Numbered from the stretch's first letter, positions 47,728-57,375 are shown. The stretch: DNA of 64,000 nt from an uncultured Lachnospiraceae bacterium (GCA_944381405.1 CALWLA010000007.1:8014-72013), one strand, 5' to 3'. The notes: a model not told the origin generated them from the letters alone. A program made the numbers and translations.

Positions 47728-49869
47728 ATGTCAGAATTTCAGAACATGCAGGGAAGTCTCACTATCAACAGCGAGAACATTTTCCCCATTATCAAAAAAT
47801 GGCTTTATCAGGATCATGATATTTTCTACCGGGAGCTGATCTCTAACGGCTGCGACGCAGTGACCAAGCTGAAAAAGCTTGCTCTCATCGGAGAATACAC
47901 CGCACCGGCAGAGGAAACATACCGGATCGACGTGACGGTGGATCCGGAGAAAAAGACCATCGAGGTAAAGGATAACGGCCTGGGCATGACCGCCGAGGAG
48001 GTCAACAGCTATATCAACCAGGTGGCATTTTCCGGCGCGGCGGATTTCCTGCAGAAATATAAGGACAAGGCCAACGAGGATCAGATCATCGGTCATTTCG
48101 GACTGGGCTTTTATTCCGCCTTCATGGTGGCGGACCGGGTGACCATCGACACCCGTTCCTATAAGGCGGACGCGCTGCCGGTCCACTGGGAGTCTGACGG
48201 CGGCACGGAATACACCATGACGGAGGGCGACAGAGCAGAGCGGGGCACCACCATCACCCTGTACCTCAACGAGGACAGCCTGGAGTTCTGCAACGGCTAC
48301 AAGGCCAGAGAGGTGATCGAGAAATACTGCTCCTTCATGCCGGTGGAGATCTACCTTCACGACGTCAAGCGGGACGCAGAGGACGCAAAACGCCGGGAAG
48401 AGGATATCCAGAAAAAACGGGAAGAAGCGGAGCAGAAGGCCAGGGAGGCCGAGGCAAAACAGGCAGATGCATCTGCAAGCGCCGAGGATAAAGAAAAAGC
48501 GGAAAAGGAAGCGAAGGATGCCGCCGAGGCTCTTTCCGAGGCAGAAAGGATCCCGGAGGAAAAGCCTCTGAACGATACCAATCCCCTGTGGAACGAAAAT
48601 CCCTCTCAGGTAAAGGAGGAGCAGTACAAGGAATTCTATCGGAAAGTCTTTATGGACTTTAAGGAGCCCCTGTTCTGGATCCATCTGAACATGGACTATC
48701 CCTTCAACCTGAAGGGCATCCTGTATTTCCCCAAGGTGAACACCCAGTACGATAACCTAGAGGGCACCATCAAGCTGTACAACAACCAGGTATTCATCGC
48801 GGATAACATCAAGGAGGTCATTCCGGAGTATCTGATGCTGCTGAAGGGCGTCATCGACTGTCCGGATCTGCCCCTGAACGTCAGTCGGTCCGCTCTGCAG
48901 AACGACGGATTTGTCAAGAAGATCTCCGACTATATCACCAAGAAGGTGTCCGACAAGCTTTCCGGCATGTTCAAGACAGACCGGGAGAACTACGAAAAAT
49001 ACTGGGACGACATCAGCCCCTTTATCAAATACGGCTGCCTGAAGGACAGCAAGTTCGGCGACAAGATGAAGGACGCCATCCTCATGAAGGACCTGTCCGG
49101 CAAGTACCTGACGGCAGAGGAATACCTGAAGGGAGGTAAGGACGCAGAGGCAGGCGAAGCGCCGGAAGCCGGGGCAGAGGAAGCGGCAAAGGCCAAGACG
49201 GCTGAGACGGCAGAAAAACCTGCGGAGGAAAAAAACAGCGCAGAACCGGAGAAAAAGGAACCGGAGAAAAAGACCGTTTTCTATGTGACGGACGAGAAGG
49301 AGCAGGGCCAGTACATCCGCATGTTCAAGGACGCAGGCCTCAATGCGGTGATCCTGGATCAGGTCATTGACACCCCCTTCATCGGATTTATGGAGCAGAA
49401 GCATGAGGCGCTGAAGTTCACCCGCATCGATGCAGACCTGAGCGAGGCCTTCAAGGAGGAAAATGCAGAGGCAGCGGATCAGAAGCAGCAGGAGGCCCTG
49501 ATCGCCCTGTTCCGGAAGGCAGCAGGAAACGACCAGCTGGAGGTAAAGGTAGAAAACCTGAAGGACAGCACCGTGGCTTCCATGATGACCATGTCTGAGG
49601 AAGGCCGCCGGATGCAGGAAATGATGAAGATGTATGCGGCCTACGGCATGGATATGGGAGCTCTGGGAGAAAAGGACCAGACCCTGGTGCTGAACGCAGG
49701 AAACGATCTGGTAAAGCGGCTCCTGAAAGAGGATGGAGAGGAAGCCCTCCGGATGCAGATCGCGGAGCAGCTTTACGACATGGCCCTGCTTTCCAGAGGC
49801 GGCCTGAGCCAGGAACGGATGACCGCCTTTATCAGAAGAAGCCAGGAGCTGATGATGAAGCTTTCCTGA
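47728..49869 (+). CDS. htpG: molecular chaperone HtpG (Hsp90)
   Basis: GHKL ATPase motifs ELISNGCDA, DNGLGMT and GHFGLGFYS. 713 aa with two charged low-complexity insertions. Confidence 0.95.
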   Translation: MSEFQNMQGSLTINSENIFPIIKKWLYQDHDIFYRELISNGCDAVTKLKKLALIGEYTAPAEETYRIDVTVDPEKKTIEVKDNGLGMTAEEVNSYINQVAFSGAADFLQKYKDKANEDQIIGHFGLGFYSAFMVADRVTIDTRSYKADALPVHWESDGGTEYTMTEGDRAERGTTITLYLNEDSLEFCNGYKAREVIEKYCSFMPVEIYLHDVKRDAEDAKRREEDIQKKREEAEQKAREAEAKQADASASAEDKEKAEKEAKDAAEALSEAERIPEEKPLNDTNPLWNENPSQVKEEQYKEFYRKVFMDFKEPLFWIHLNMDYPFNLKGILYFPKVNTQYDNLEGTIKLYNNQVFIADNIKEVIPEYLMLLKGVIDCPDLPLNVSRSALQNDGFVKKISDYITKKVSDKLSGMFKTDRENYEKYWDDISPFIKYGCLKDSKFGDKMKDAILMKDLSGKYLTAEEYLKGGKDAEAGEAPEAGAEEAAKAKTAETAEKPAEEKNSAEPEKKEPEKKTVFYVTDEKEQGQYIRMFKDAGLNAVILDQVIDTPFIGFMEQKHEALKFTRIDADLSEAFKEENAEAADQKQQEALIALFRKAAGNDQLEVKVENLKDSTVASMMTMSEEGRRMQEMMKMYAAYGMDMGALGEKDQTLVLNAGNDLVKRLLKEDGEEALRMQIAEQLYDMALLSRGGLSQERMTAFIRRSQELMMKLS

Positions 49870-49922
49870 TACAGGCATAACACAAGAGACAAGCTTAAGG
49901 GACAGACATAACGGGCAAAAAC

Positions 49923-51275
49923 ATGAATCAGCAGTCATTGATCAGAGGGAACATCACAGGTTCCCTCCTGCTGTTTGCCCTGCCCATGATGGCGGGGAAT
50001 CTTCTGCAGCAGTTTTACAATATCACGGATACCTTTATCGTGGGCCGGTTCCTGGGGACAGAGGCGTTGGCGGCAGTGGGCTCAGCCTATACCCTGATGA
50101 CCTTTCTGACCTCCATCCTGATCGGCCTTTCCATGGGAAACGGGGTATTCGTATCCATCTGTTTCGGAAAAGAGGAGAGGAGAAGGCTTCGGACAGGCGT
50201 GTTCCTCTCCTTTCTTCTGATCTTCGGAATCACGGCGGTGATGAACATCGCCGTATTTCTGCTGCTGGAACCCATCCTTTTGTTCATGAACATCCCGGCG
50301 GAGGTGCAGCCTCTCATGCGGGAATATCTTGCAGTGATCTTTCTGGGGCTCTTCGGGGTATTCCTTTATAATTACTTTACCTGCCTGCTGCGGGCCATCG
50401 GCAATTCCGCGGTGCCCCTCTGGTTCCTGCTTCTGTCCACGGTGGTAAATATCCTACTGGATCTGGTGTTTGTGGTGCCCCTTCAGATGGGGGTGGCAGG
50501 CGCTGCCTGGGCCACCATCATCGCCCAGTATCTTTCCGGCCTAGGGGTCATGGCCTATACCCTGGTGAAATGCCCGGAATTCCGGGTGCAGCGCCGGGAA
50601 ATGCGCTGGGACCAGGGAATCCTTTCGGAGATCGCAGGCCTTTCCGTGCTGACCTGCCTGCAGCAGTCAGTGATGAACTTCGGCATCCTCATGGTGCAGG
50701 GACTGGTGAACAGCTTCGGCACCACCGTCATGGCGGCCTTTGCGGCAGCGGTGAAGATCGACTCCTTTGCCTACATGCCGGTGCAGGATTTCGGCAATGC
50801 CTTTTCTACCTTTGCGGCTCAGAACTTCGGCGCAGGGAAGCCGGAACGGATCAGGGAAGGGATCCGGAAGGCGCTTTTGTGCATTACGGTGTTCTGCCTG
50901 ACGGTCTCCGCCCTGGTGTTCCTGTTTGCAGGCCAGCTGATGCTGATCTTCGTTAAGCCGGAGGAAACGGCGGTGATCGCCGAAGGGGTCCGCTATCTGC
51001 GGGTGGAAGGCGCTTTCTATATCGGCATCGGGATCCTGTTTCTGCTTTACGGTTTTTACCGGGCGGTGAAAAAGCCGGGCATGTCTCTGGTGCTGACGGT
51101 GATCTCCCTGGGGACCCGGGTGCTGCTGGCCTATGCCACCGCAGGGGCTGTGGGCGTGACGGGGATCTGGGCGGCCATTCCCATCGGCTGGTTCCTGGCA
51201 GACCTGACAGGATATCTCTACTACCGCCGTCAAAAGAACTTGTTATTTTCAGGATCCTATGATAAAATTTCTTAG
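49923..51275 (+). CDS. MATE family efflux transporter
   Basis: 12-TM protein. N-terminus LLLFALPMMAGNLLQQFYNITDTFIVGRFLG is typical of MATE/NorM-like exporters. Confidence 0.9.
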   Translation: MNQQSLIRGNITGSLLLFALPMMAGNLLQQFYNITDTFIVGRFLGTEALAAVGSAYTLMTFLTSILIGLSMGNGVFVSICFGKEERRRLRTGVFLSFLLIFGITAVMNIAVFLLLEPILLFMNIPAEVQPLMREYLAVIFLGLFGVFLYNYFTCLLRAIGNSAVPLWFLLLSTVVNILLDLVFVVPLQMGVAGAAWATIIAQYLSGLGVMAYTLVKCPEFRVQRREMRWDQGILSEIAGLSVLTCLQQSVMNFGILMVQGLVNSFGTTVMAAFAAAVKIDSFAYMPVQDFGNAFSTFAAQNFGAGKPERIREGIRKALLCITVFCLTVSALVFLFAGQLMLIFVKPEETAVIAEGVRYLRVEGAFYIGIGILFLLYGFYRAVKKPGMSLVLTVISLGTRVLLAYATAGAVGVTGIWAAIPIGWFLADLTGYLYYRRQKNLLFSGSYDKIS

Positions 51276-51356
51276 ATCTGAAGGACGCTTCGGGCATGCC
51301 CGGAGGGATCAGGCAGGAGGCCTGTCTGAGGAACAGAAAGAGAAAGGTGAGATGGG

Positions 51357-52673
51357 ATGAACGTTCTTTTAAAAGGCGCTGAAGTTTATACCGAAGAAGG
51401 ACTGAAAAGATGCGATCTTTCCATTTGCAACGGACGCATTCAGTTCGATACGGCTCACAGAGCATTTGACAAGGTAGAGGATCTTAGCGGCCTTGTTTTA
51501 GTTCCCGGTTTCGTGGATGTACATGTGCATCTGCGGGAACCGGGCTTTTCTTATAAGGAGACCATAAAGACCGGAAGCCGGGCGGCGGCAAGAGGCGGAT
51601 TTACCGCAGTCTGCGCCATGCCGAATCTAAAGCCGGCCCCCTCCTCCATGGAGGCCCTGTCCCAGGAGCTGGAGCTGATCCACCGGGATGCAGCGGTGCA
51701 TGTGTATCCTTATGGAACCATCACAAAGGATCAGAGCGGCAGAGGAGCGCTTTCCGATATGGAGGAGCTTCGGGACTACGTGGTGGGCTTTTCCGACGAC
51801 GGAAAGGGCGTCCAGGAGGAGGAGACCATGCGCCAGGCCATGGAGCGGGCGGCGGCACTGGGGGTCCCTATCGTGGCGCACTGCGAGGACGAGAGGGAGC
51901 TCAAGCCCGGCGGCTGCATCCATGAAGGCGAATATGCCAGACTCCATAACCATGTGGGTATCAACTCCGCCAGCGAGTGGAAGCAGGTACAGCGGGACAT
52001 CGCCCTTTGCGAGGAAACCGGCTGTCAGTATCATATCTGCCATGTTTCCACCAAGGAAACGGTGGAGCTGGTGCGGCAGGCGAAAAAACGGGGCCTTCGG
52101 GTCACCTGTGAAACCGGTCCCCACTATCTGATCTATACGGACATGGATCTTCAGGAAAGCGGCGCCTGGAAGATGAATCCGCCGATTCGCAGCGCAGAAG
52201 ACCGGGAGGCTCTGCTGGAGGGCATCAATGACGGTACCATCGACTGCATCATCACGGATCATGCGCCCCACAGCCAGGAGGAAAAGTCCAGAGGGCTGGA
52301 TGGCTCTGCCTTTGGCATCACAGGGCTGGAAACGGTGCTCCAGGCAGTCTATTCCATGCTGGTAAAGACCGGAAAGATGAGCTTTGACCGCATGATCGCT
52401 TGCATGTGCATAAATCCCAGGAAGATCTTCGGGATTCCTGGGGCCGTTACCAGGGCGGAGCATCTTCGGGAAAAGCATGCGGAATATTACGGCGGAATCA
52501 CCGAGGGAGCTCTTGCGGACCTTACAGCTCTGGACCTGCACAAGGAGTGCATCATCGACAGCAGCAGCTTTTATTCCATGGGAAAAAGCACGCTGTTCGA
52601 CGGCGCAAGGGTGCAGGGAGAGGTGCGGGGCACCTGGATCGCTGGGAAAAAGGTCTATCCCTTTGAAGCATAA
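51357..52673 (+). CDS. pyrC: dihydroorotase
   Basis: DVHVHLREPG metal motif, CAMPN and ITDHAPH. Confidence 0.92.
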   Translation: MNVLLKGAEVYTEEGLKRCDLSICNGRIQFDTAHRAFDKVEDLSGLVLVPGFVDVHVHLREPGFSYKETIKTGSRAAARGGFTAVCAMPNLKPAPSSMEALSQELELIHRDAAVHVYPYGTITKDQSGRGALSDMEELRDYVVGFSDDGKGVQEEETMRQAMERAAALGVPIVAHCEDERELKPGGCIHEGEYARLHNHVGINSASEWKQVQRDIALCEETGCQYHICHVSTKETVELVRQAKKRGLRVTCETGPHYLIYTDMDLQESGAWKMNPPIRSAEDREALLEGINDGTIDCIITDHAPHSQEEKSRGLDGSAFGITGLETVLQAVYSMLVKTGKMSFDRMIACMCINPRKIFGIPGAVTRAEHLREKHAEYYGGITEGALADLTALDLHKECIIDSSSFYSMGKSTLFDGARVQGEVRGTWIAGKKVYPFEA

Positions 52674-52740
52674 AAGGCTTTCAGAGCCAGGGCCATTCAT
52701 CTGTGAAACGAAGTCAATTTATATAAAGGAGAAAAGGAAT

Positions 52741-53406
52741 ATGAAGGAAGATATCGCAAAAGGCTTGTTATCCATCAAGGCTGTATTTCTGAGACCGGAG
52801 GAGCCCTTTACCTGGGCCAGCGGAATCAAGAGCCCCATCTACTGCGACAACCGCCTGGTATTGACCGCACCGGAGGTGCGCACCATGGTGGAGACCCAGA
52901 TCGCGGAAACCATAAAGAAATATTATCCCGGCTGTGAGGTGCTGATGGGTACCTCCACCGCAGGAATCGCCCACGCAGCCATTGCAGCCCACATGATGGG
53001 ACTGCCCATGGGCTATGTGAGAGGCTCTGCAAAGGATCACGGCAGGACCAACCAGATCGAAGGAAGGCTGGAAAAGGGACAGAAGGTCGTAGTGGTGGAG
53101 GATCTGATCTCCACCGGCGGCTCCGTCATCGAGGTGGTGAACGTGCTGCGGGAGGCAGGCGCAGAGGTGCTGGGCATCGTCAGCATCTTCACCTATGGCA
53201 TGGCAAAGGGCCTGAACCGGCTGCGGGAGGCGCAGGTCAACAACATCAGCCTCTGCGATCTGGACACCCTGGTGGAGGTAGCCGTGGAAGAAGGTTATAT
53301 CAAGAAGGAAGACCGGATCAAGCTGCTACAGTTCAGGGACAACCCGTCAGATGAATCTTGGATGAAGGGGGAAGTGAAATGCAAAGAGATCAGATCAGGA
53401 ATCTGA
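52741..53406 (+). CDS. pyrE: orotate phosphoribosyltransferase
   Basis: ATG 52741 after [28 protein letters not shown] and PRPP loop [13 protein letters not shown]. The longer listed ORF (52477) overlaps pyrC. Confidence 0.92.
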   Translation: MKEDIAKGLLSIKAVFLRPEEPFTWASGIKSPIYCDNRLVLTAPEVRTMVETQIAETIKKYYPGCEVLMGTSTAGIAHAAIAAHMMGLPMGYVRGSAKDHGRTNQIEGRLEKGQKVVVVEDLISTGGSVIEVVNVLREAGAEVLGIVSIFTYGMAKGLNRLREAQVNNISLCDLDTLVEVAVEEGYIKKEDRIKLLQFRDNPSDESWMKGEVKCKEIRSGI

Positions 53407-54320
53407 TAAGCATTCTGGACTTATCAGTTGATGAGATCAACGGACTGATCGATGTGGCAAACGACATCGACCAGCATCCGGAGAGATACCAGGAGGCCTG
53501 CCGCCATAAGCAGCTGGCAACCCTGTTTTTTGAGCCCTCCACCAGGACCCGATTGAGCTTTGAATCCGCCATGCTGAGCCTGGGAGGCTCTGTGCTGGGC
53601 TTTTCCTCGGCTAATTCCAGCTCTGCGGCGAAAGGAGAGAGCGTTTCCGATACGGTGCGGACCGTGGGTAACTATGCGGACATCATCGCCATGCGCCACC
53701 CCAAAGAGGGAGCGCCCATGATCGCTTCCCAGCATACGGTGGTACCCATCATCAATGCGGGAGACGGCGGACATTTCCATCCCACCCAGACCCTTACGGA
53801 TCTTCTGACCATCAGCCGGAAAAAGGGCCGTCTGTCGGATATGACCATCGGCCTTTGCGGAGACCTGAAGTTCGGCCGCACGGTACACAGCCTCATCGAG
53901 GCGACCCTGCGGTATCCCAATATCCGCTATATTCTTATCAGCCCCGAGGAGCTTCGCGTTCCGGAATACATGATCGACGAGCTGAAGGAAGCGGGAGCTG
54001 ATTTTGAAGAGGTGACAGATCTGGAGGCGGCAATGCCGCAGCTGGATATTCTTTATATGACCCGTATCCAGAAGGAGCGTTTCTTTAACGAAGAGGACTA
54101 TCTCAGACTGAAGGACACCTACATCCTGACGCCGGACAAGCTGAAAAATGCCAAGAGCGACCTGAGCATCCTGCACCCCCTGCCGAGAGTCAACGAGATC
54201 TCCGTAAAAGTGGACGAGGATCCCAGGGCCTGCTATTTCTACCAGACCCTTTGCGGAAAGCAGATCCGCATGGCGCTGATCCTATTCCTTCTGGGCATTC
54301 ACCCGGAAGAACAGGCGTAA
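53379..54320 (+). CDS. pyrB: aspartate carbamoyltransferase catalytic subunit
   Basis: [13 protein letters not shown] and HPLPR motifs. ATG 53379 after GGGGGA (alternative ATG 53358). Overlaps the pyrE 3' end. Confidence 0.93.
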   Translation: MQRDQIRNLISILDLSVDEINGLIDVANDIDQHPERYQEACRHKQLATLFFEPSTRTRLSFESAMLSLGGSVLGFSSANSSSAAKGESVSDTVRTVGNYADIIAMRHPKEGAPMIASQHTVVPIINAGDGGHFHPTQTLTDLLTISRKKGRLSDMTIGLCGDLKFGRTVHSLIEATLRYPNIRYILISPEELRVPEYMIDELKEAGADFEEVTDLEAAMPQLDILYMTRIQKERFFNEEDYLRLKDTYILTPDKLKNAKSDLSILHPLPRVNEISVKVDEDPRACYFYQTLCGKQIRMALILFLLGIHPEEQA

Positions 54321-54365
54321 GCCTTTTGGACAAACCGGACAGTCAGAAATTTGGAGGAAAAAGCG

Positions 54366-54785
54366 ATGAATATAGACGGCGTAACCACGGGAATCGTGCT
54401 GGATCATATACAGGCCGGAAAATCCATGGAGATCTATGAATACCTGGGGCTCGACAAGCTCCAGAGCTGCGTGGCAGTCATCCAGAACGTGCGCAGCGCG
54501 AAGTATGGGAAGAAGGATATCATCAAGATCGACGAGCTCATCGATCTGAATCTGGATGTGCTGGGGTATTTCGATCCCAACATCACGGTGAATTATATCA
54601 AGGACGGAAAGCTTCTGGAAAAGAAGCATCTGGCTCTGCCGGATCGCCTGACGGATGTGCTGCACTGCAAAAACCCGCGGTGTATCACCAGCTGCGAGCA
54701 GGAGATCCCTCATGTATTTGAACTGGTGGATCGGGAGAAGAAGATCTACCGGTGCATCTACTGCGATACCCAGGTGCGGGTATGA
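54366..54785 (+). CDS. pyrI: aspartate carbamoyltransferase regulatory subunit
   Basis: ATG 54366 after GGAGG. GIVLDHI allosteric domain and zinc domain CKNPRCIT...CIYCD. Confidence 0.9.
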   Translation: MNIDGVTTGIVLDHIQAGKSMEIYEYLGLDKLQSCVAVIQNVRSAKYGKKDIIKIDELIDLNLDVLGYFDPNITVNYIKDGKLLEKKHLALPDRLTDVLHCKNPRCITSCEQEIPHVFELVDREKKIYRCIYCDTQVRV

Positions 54786-54858
54786 TCTGCAAAAGGCGAT
54801 TCGCAGCATAGAAAAAACAGCAGCAACTATATGGTATTACAGAATTGAAAATCGCGAA

Positions 54859-54890
54859 GGAGCATGGCCGAGGGGCTGTGCTCTTTTTTT
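54859..54890 (+). terminator. rho-independent terminator after pyrI
   Basis: GGAGCATGGCC-GAGG-GGCTGTGCTC stem (two G-U pairs) followed by TTTTTTT. Marks the GC-rich/AT-rich boundary. Confidence 0.75.
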
Positions 54891-55129
54891 GCGGCGATTT
54901 TGAAATTGAATGTCATTCCAAAAAGTTCCTGATTTTCGAAAGTTTTTGGATCACATTCCCAAAAGTGTTGAAAAAACGGGCGTTTTTGGATTCGGATTGT
55001 CCCATGCTTTTTATTTGTATGCCCGTGATATAGACGCAGGATGGCGGAAATGCGGGATGAAAGACAAGGGAGAGAGCATCTCCCTTTTTTTATTGCAAAA
55101 AATAGGAGCAGGGTGGGTGAAAACTAGCG

Positions 55130-55160
55130 AACTCCAAATAATGAACAATTATTTGGAGTT
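55130..55160. repeat. perfect 13-bp inverted repeat (hairpin or operator)
   Basis: AACTCCAAATAAT-GAACA-ATTATTTGGAGTT. The arms are exact reverse complements. Confidence 0.9.
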
Positions 55161-55499
55161 GGGGAGTGGGCTGACGGCAAAGGAAAAGGCGAGGCGTAAG
55201 GGTATGTATATGTACAGGGGGGGGATGGATATGCGGATGCAGGTGAGGAAGCGGATATGGGTGATTGAAGGGCGAGACTGTGGGAGATAAGTGAAAATGG
55301 ACATTCCAGAAGCTGCGAGGACAGTGATGGGATGTTTATTTTTAGATTGAAGGAAATGCAAAAAACGAAATGATTCTGTAAGACAATGGCTAGCCTGAAT
55401 TTTTAGTGGCATGAGAATGGGCTATGATGGCAGTTTTCTACATCAAAATTAGCTGAAAAAGGTGTTTTTGCGTAAAAGCGTTTGCATAGTGATTTCTTC

Positions 55500-55646
55500 A
55501 TTATAAAGCGAAAGTCGGAGTGATCAGGCGGTGGGGCTATCTATTATAAAGCGAAAGTGGGGAGTCTGGTCGGGCTTGAGAAACATGAAATTTTTCATTT
55601 TGGATAGATGGACGCAAACAGTGATGAGGTCATTATAAAGCGAAGG
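55500..55646 (+). repeat. three direct copies of ATTATAAAGCGAA(A/G)G
   Basis: Copies at 55500-55515, 55543-55558 and 55632-55646 (third has one mismatch). Each is followed within ~30 nt by a GGCGGT/GGTCGG element. Confidence 0.85.
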
Positions 55647-55803
55647 ATACGATACGTTGCTGGCGGTTTGGATTATGTCCACACCGCTGAAAGGCTGATA
55701 AATCAAGGACTTTTAAGAAATGTTCAGTACATATCGACAGGGCTGTCCAAATGATTTTAGTTGCTAGAGAAATGATATTTACCGATTGCTATGCGGAAAC
55801 CAT

Positions 55804-55894
55804 GTCTACCCAAATGGAATTATTGAAGGAAATAGAGGGCAATAAAGTATTCAACATTTGAGGTGTCTGCCCTAAATGGAATAGTTGATGAAAA
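55804..55894 (+). repeat. two ~29-nt imperfect direct repeats
   Basis: GTCTACCC-AAATGGAATTATTGAAGGAAA (55804-55832) and GTCTGCCCTAAATGGAATAGTTGATGAAAA (55865-55894), period 61 nt. Confidence 0.8.
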
Positions 55895-56020
55895 CAGACT
55901 ATGAAAGACTAGAAATGAACATTTCTGGTATTAATTTTATAAAATTTGGAAACTGGATTTAAGGGTACAGATGTACAGAGATTTGTTTGTTTCATTATAT
56001 AAATTGACTGAAAGAAAGGC

Positions 56021-56069
56021 TACTGTGGAAATCATGAAGAGGGGAATAAAGAAATGATTATCCACAGTA
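56021..56069. repeat. 15/16-nt inverted repeat just upstream of ugd
   Basis: TACTGTGGAAATCAT (56021-56035) and ATGATTATCCACAGTA (56054-56069). One-nt bulge, 18-nt loop, ends 55 nt before ATG 56125. Confidence 0.85.
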
Positions 56070-56124
56070 ATTTCGATCATAGAAAATATTCCGGATTTGC
56101 CGGATAGAAAGAGGAAAGGTTGTT

Positions 56125-57375
56125 ATGGATAAAAAGTATACGATTACTGTAGCTGGAACCGGATATGTGGGATTGTCGATTGCCACACTGCTGTCTCAGC
56201 ATCATAAGGTTTATGCTGTAGATATCGTTCCGGCAAAGGTTGATATGGTGAACCAGCGTAAATCACCGATTCAGGATGAATATATCGAAAAATATCTGGC
56301 AGAGAAGGACTTGGATTTGACCGCAACGCTTGACGCAGAGATGGCGTATAGAGCTGCGGATTTTGTTGTAATCGCGGCGCCTACAAACTACGACTCAAGT
56401 ACACAGCACTTTGACACGAGTGCAGTTGAAAACGTGATTGAACTGGTTATGAAATATAACCCGGAAGCAATCATGGTCATCAAATCGACCATTCCGGTTG
56501 GATATACGAAAAGTATCCGGGAGAAAACCGGAAGCAAGAATATCCTATTTAGCCCTGAGTTTTTAAGAGAGTCAAAAGCATTATATGACAATTTATATCC
56601 GTCAAGGATCATCGTGGGCACTGATATGGAGGACGAACGACTGGTCAATGCTGCACATACATTCGCTGAACTCTTGCAGGAGGGTGCTATTAAGGAGAAT
56701 ATCGACACGCTGTTTATGGGTTTCACCGAGGCTGAGGCTGTGAAACTGTTTGCTAATACCTATCTGGCACTTCGCGTGGCTTATTTCAACGAGCTTGATA
56801 CTTATGCGGAAATGAAGGGGCTTAATACCCAGCAGATCATTAAAGGTGTCTGCCTGGATCCGCGTATCGGAGATTTCTACAACAATCCGAGCTTTGGCTA
56901 TGGTGGATATTGTCTGCCAAAGGATACTAAACAGTTGCTGGCAAACTATCAGGATGTTCCAGAGAACTTGATTGAAGCAATCGTAGAGAGCAATAGGACG
57001 AGGAAGGATTTTATAGCAGATCGTGTACTGAAACTGGCCGGATATTATGACTATTACAATCGTGGCGACTATAGTGCTGACGAGGAAAAGAAATGCGTCA
57101 TTGGCGTTTATCGGCTGACCATGAAGAGCAATTCTGATAACTTCCGTCAGAGCAGTATCCAGGGTGTTATGAAGAGAATCAAGGCAAAGGGAGCTACAGT
57201 AATTATTTACGAACCAACTCTGGAAGATGGAAGTACTTTCTTCGGATCTGTAGTTGTAAATGATTTGGAAAAGTTCAAGGAGATGTCACAGGCCATTATC
57301 GCTAATCGGTATGACAAGTGCCTGAATGATGTGAAAGAGAAAGTTTATACAAGGGATATTTTCCAGAGGGATTGA
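56125..57375 (+). CDS. ugd: UDP-glucose 6-dehydrogenase
   Basis: Rossmann [10 protein letters not shown] and catalytic Cys motif [12 protein letters not shown]-rich codon usage. GAGGAAAGG RBS. Confidence 0.92.
   Translation: MDKKYTITVAGTGYVGLSIATLLSQHHKVYAVDIVPAKVDMVNQRKSPIQDEYIEKYLAEKDLDLTATLDAEMAYRAADFVVIAAPTNYDSSTQHFDTSAVENVIELVMKYNPEAIMVIKSTIPVGYTKSIREKTGSKNILFSPEFLRESKALYDNLYPSRIIVGTDMEDERLVNAAHTFAELLQEGAIKENIDTLFMGFTEAEAVKLFANTYLALRVAYFNELDTYAEMKGLNTQQIIKGVCLDPRIGDFYNNPSFGYGGYCLPKDTKQLLANYQDVPENLIEAIVESNRTRKDFIADRVLKLAGYYDYYNRGDYSADEEKKCVIGVYRLTMKSNSDNFRQSSIQGVMKRIKAKGATVIIYEPTLEDGSTFFGSVVVNDLEKFKEMSQAIIANRYDKCLNDVKEKVYTRDIFQRD

Noticed and set aside
51276-51356. PyrR-binding attenuator upstream of pyrC (and of pyrK at 10985-11105)
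   Set aside because: No UCCAGAGAGG-type binding loop or terminator/antiterminator pair could be found in either short leader.
54845-55412. Small ORFs in the AT-rich leader (54845-55033, 54910-55290 on +; 55149-55412 on -)
   Set aside because: They have no Shine-Dalgarno sequences and odd composition (e.g. MYMYRGGMDMRMQVRKR). They overlap each other and the terminator and hairpin elements, and none has a recognisable family. I treat them as non-coding, although a decayed pseudogene cannot be excluded without a database search.
55527-55534. ops-like element GGCGGTGG (RfaH recruitment site GGCGGTAG)
   Set aside because: It has one mismatch in the 8-nt core. The ops/JUMPstart element is a proteobacterial feature, and no RfaH/LoaP-like gene is visible in the window. 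Noted only as context for the repeat family.
56058-56066. Perfect DnaA box TTATCCACA (possible replication origin)
   Set aside because: There is a single consensus box plus one degenerate inverted partner, and both are the arms of one hairpin-forming dyad. There is no box cluster, no AT-rich unwinding element arrangement, and no dnaA/dnaN nearby.
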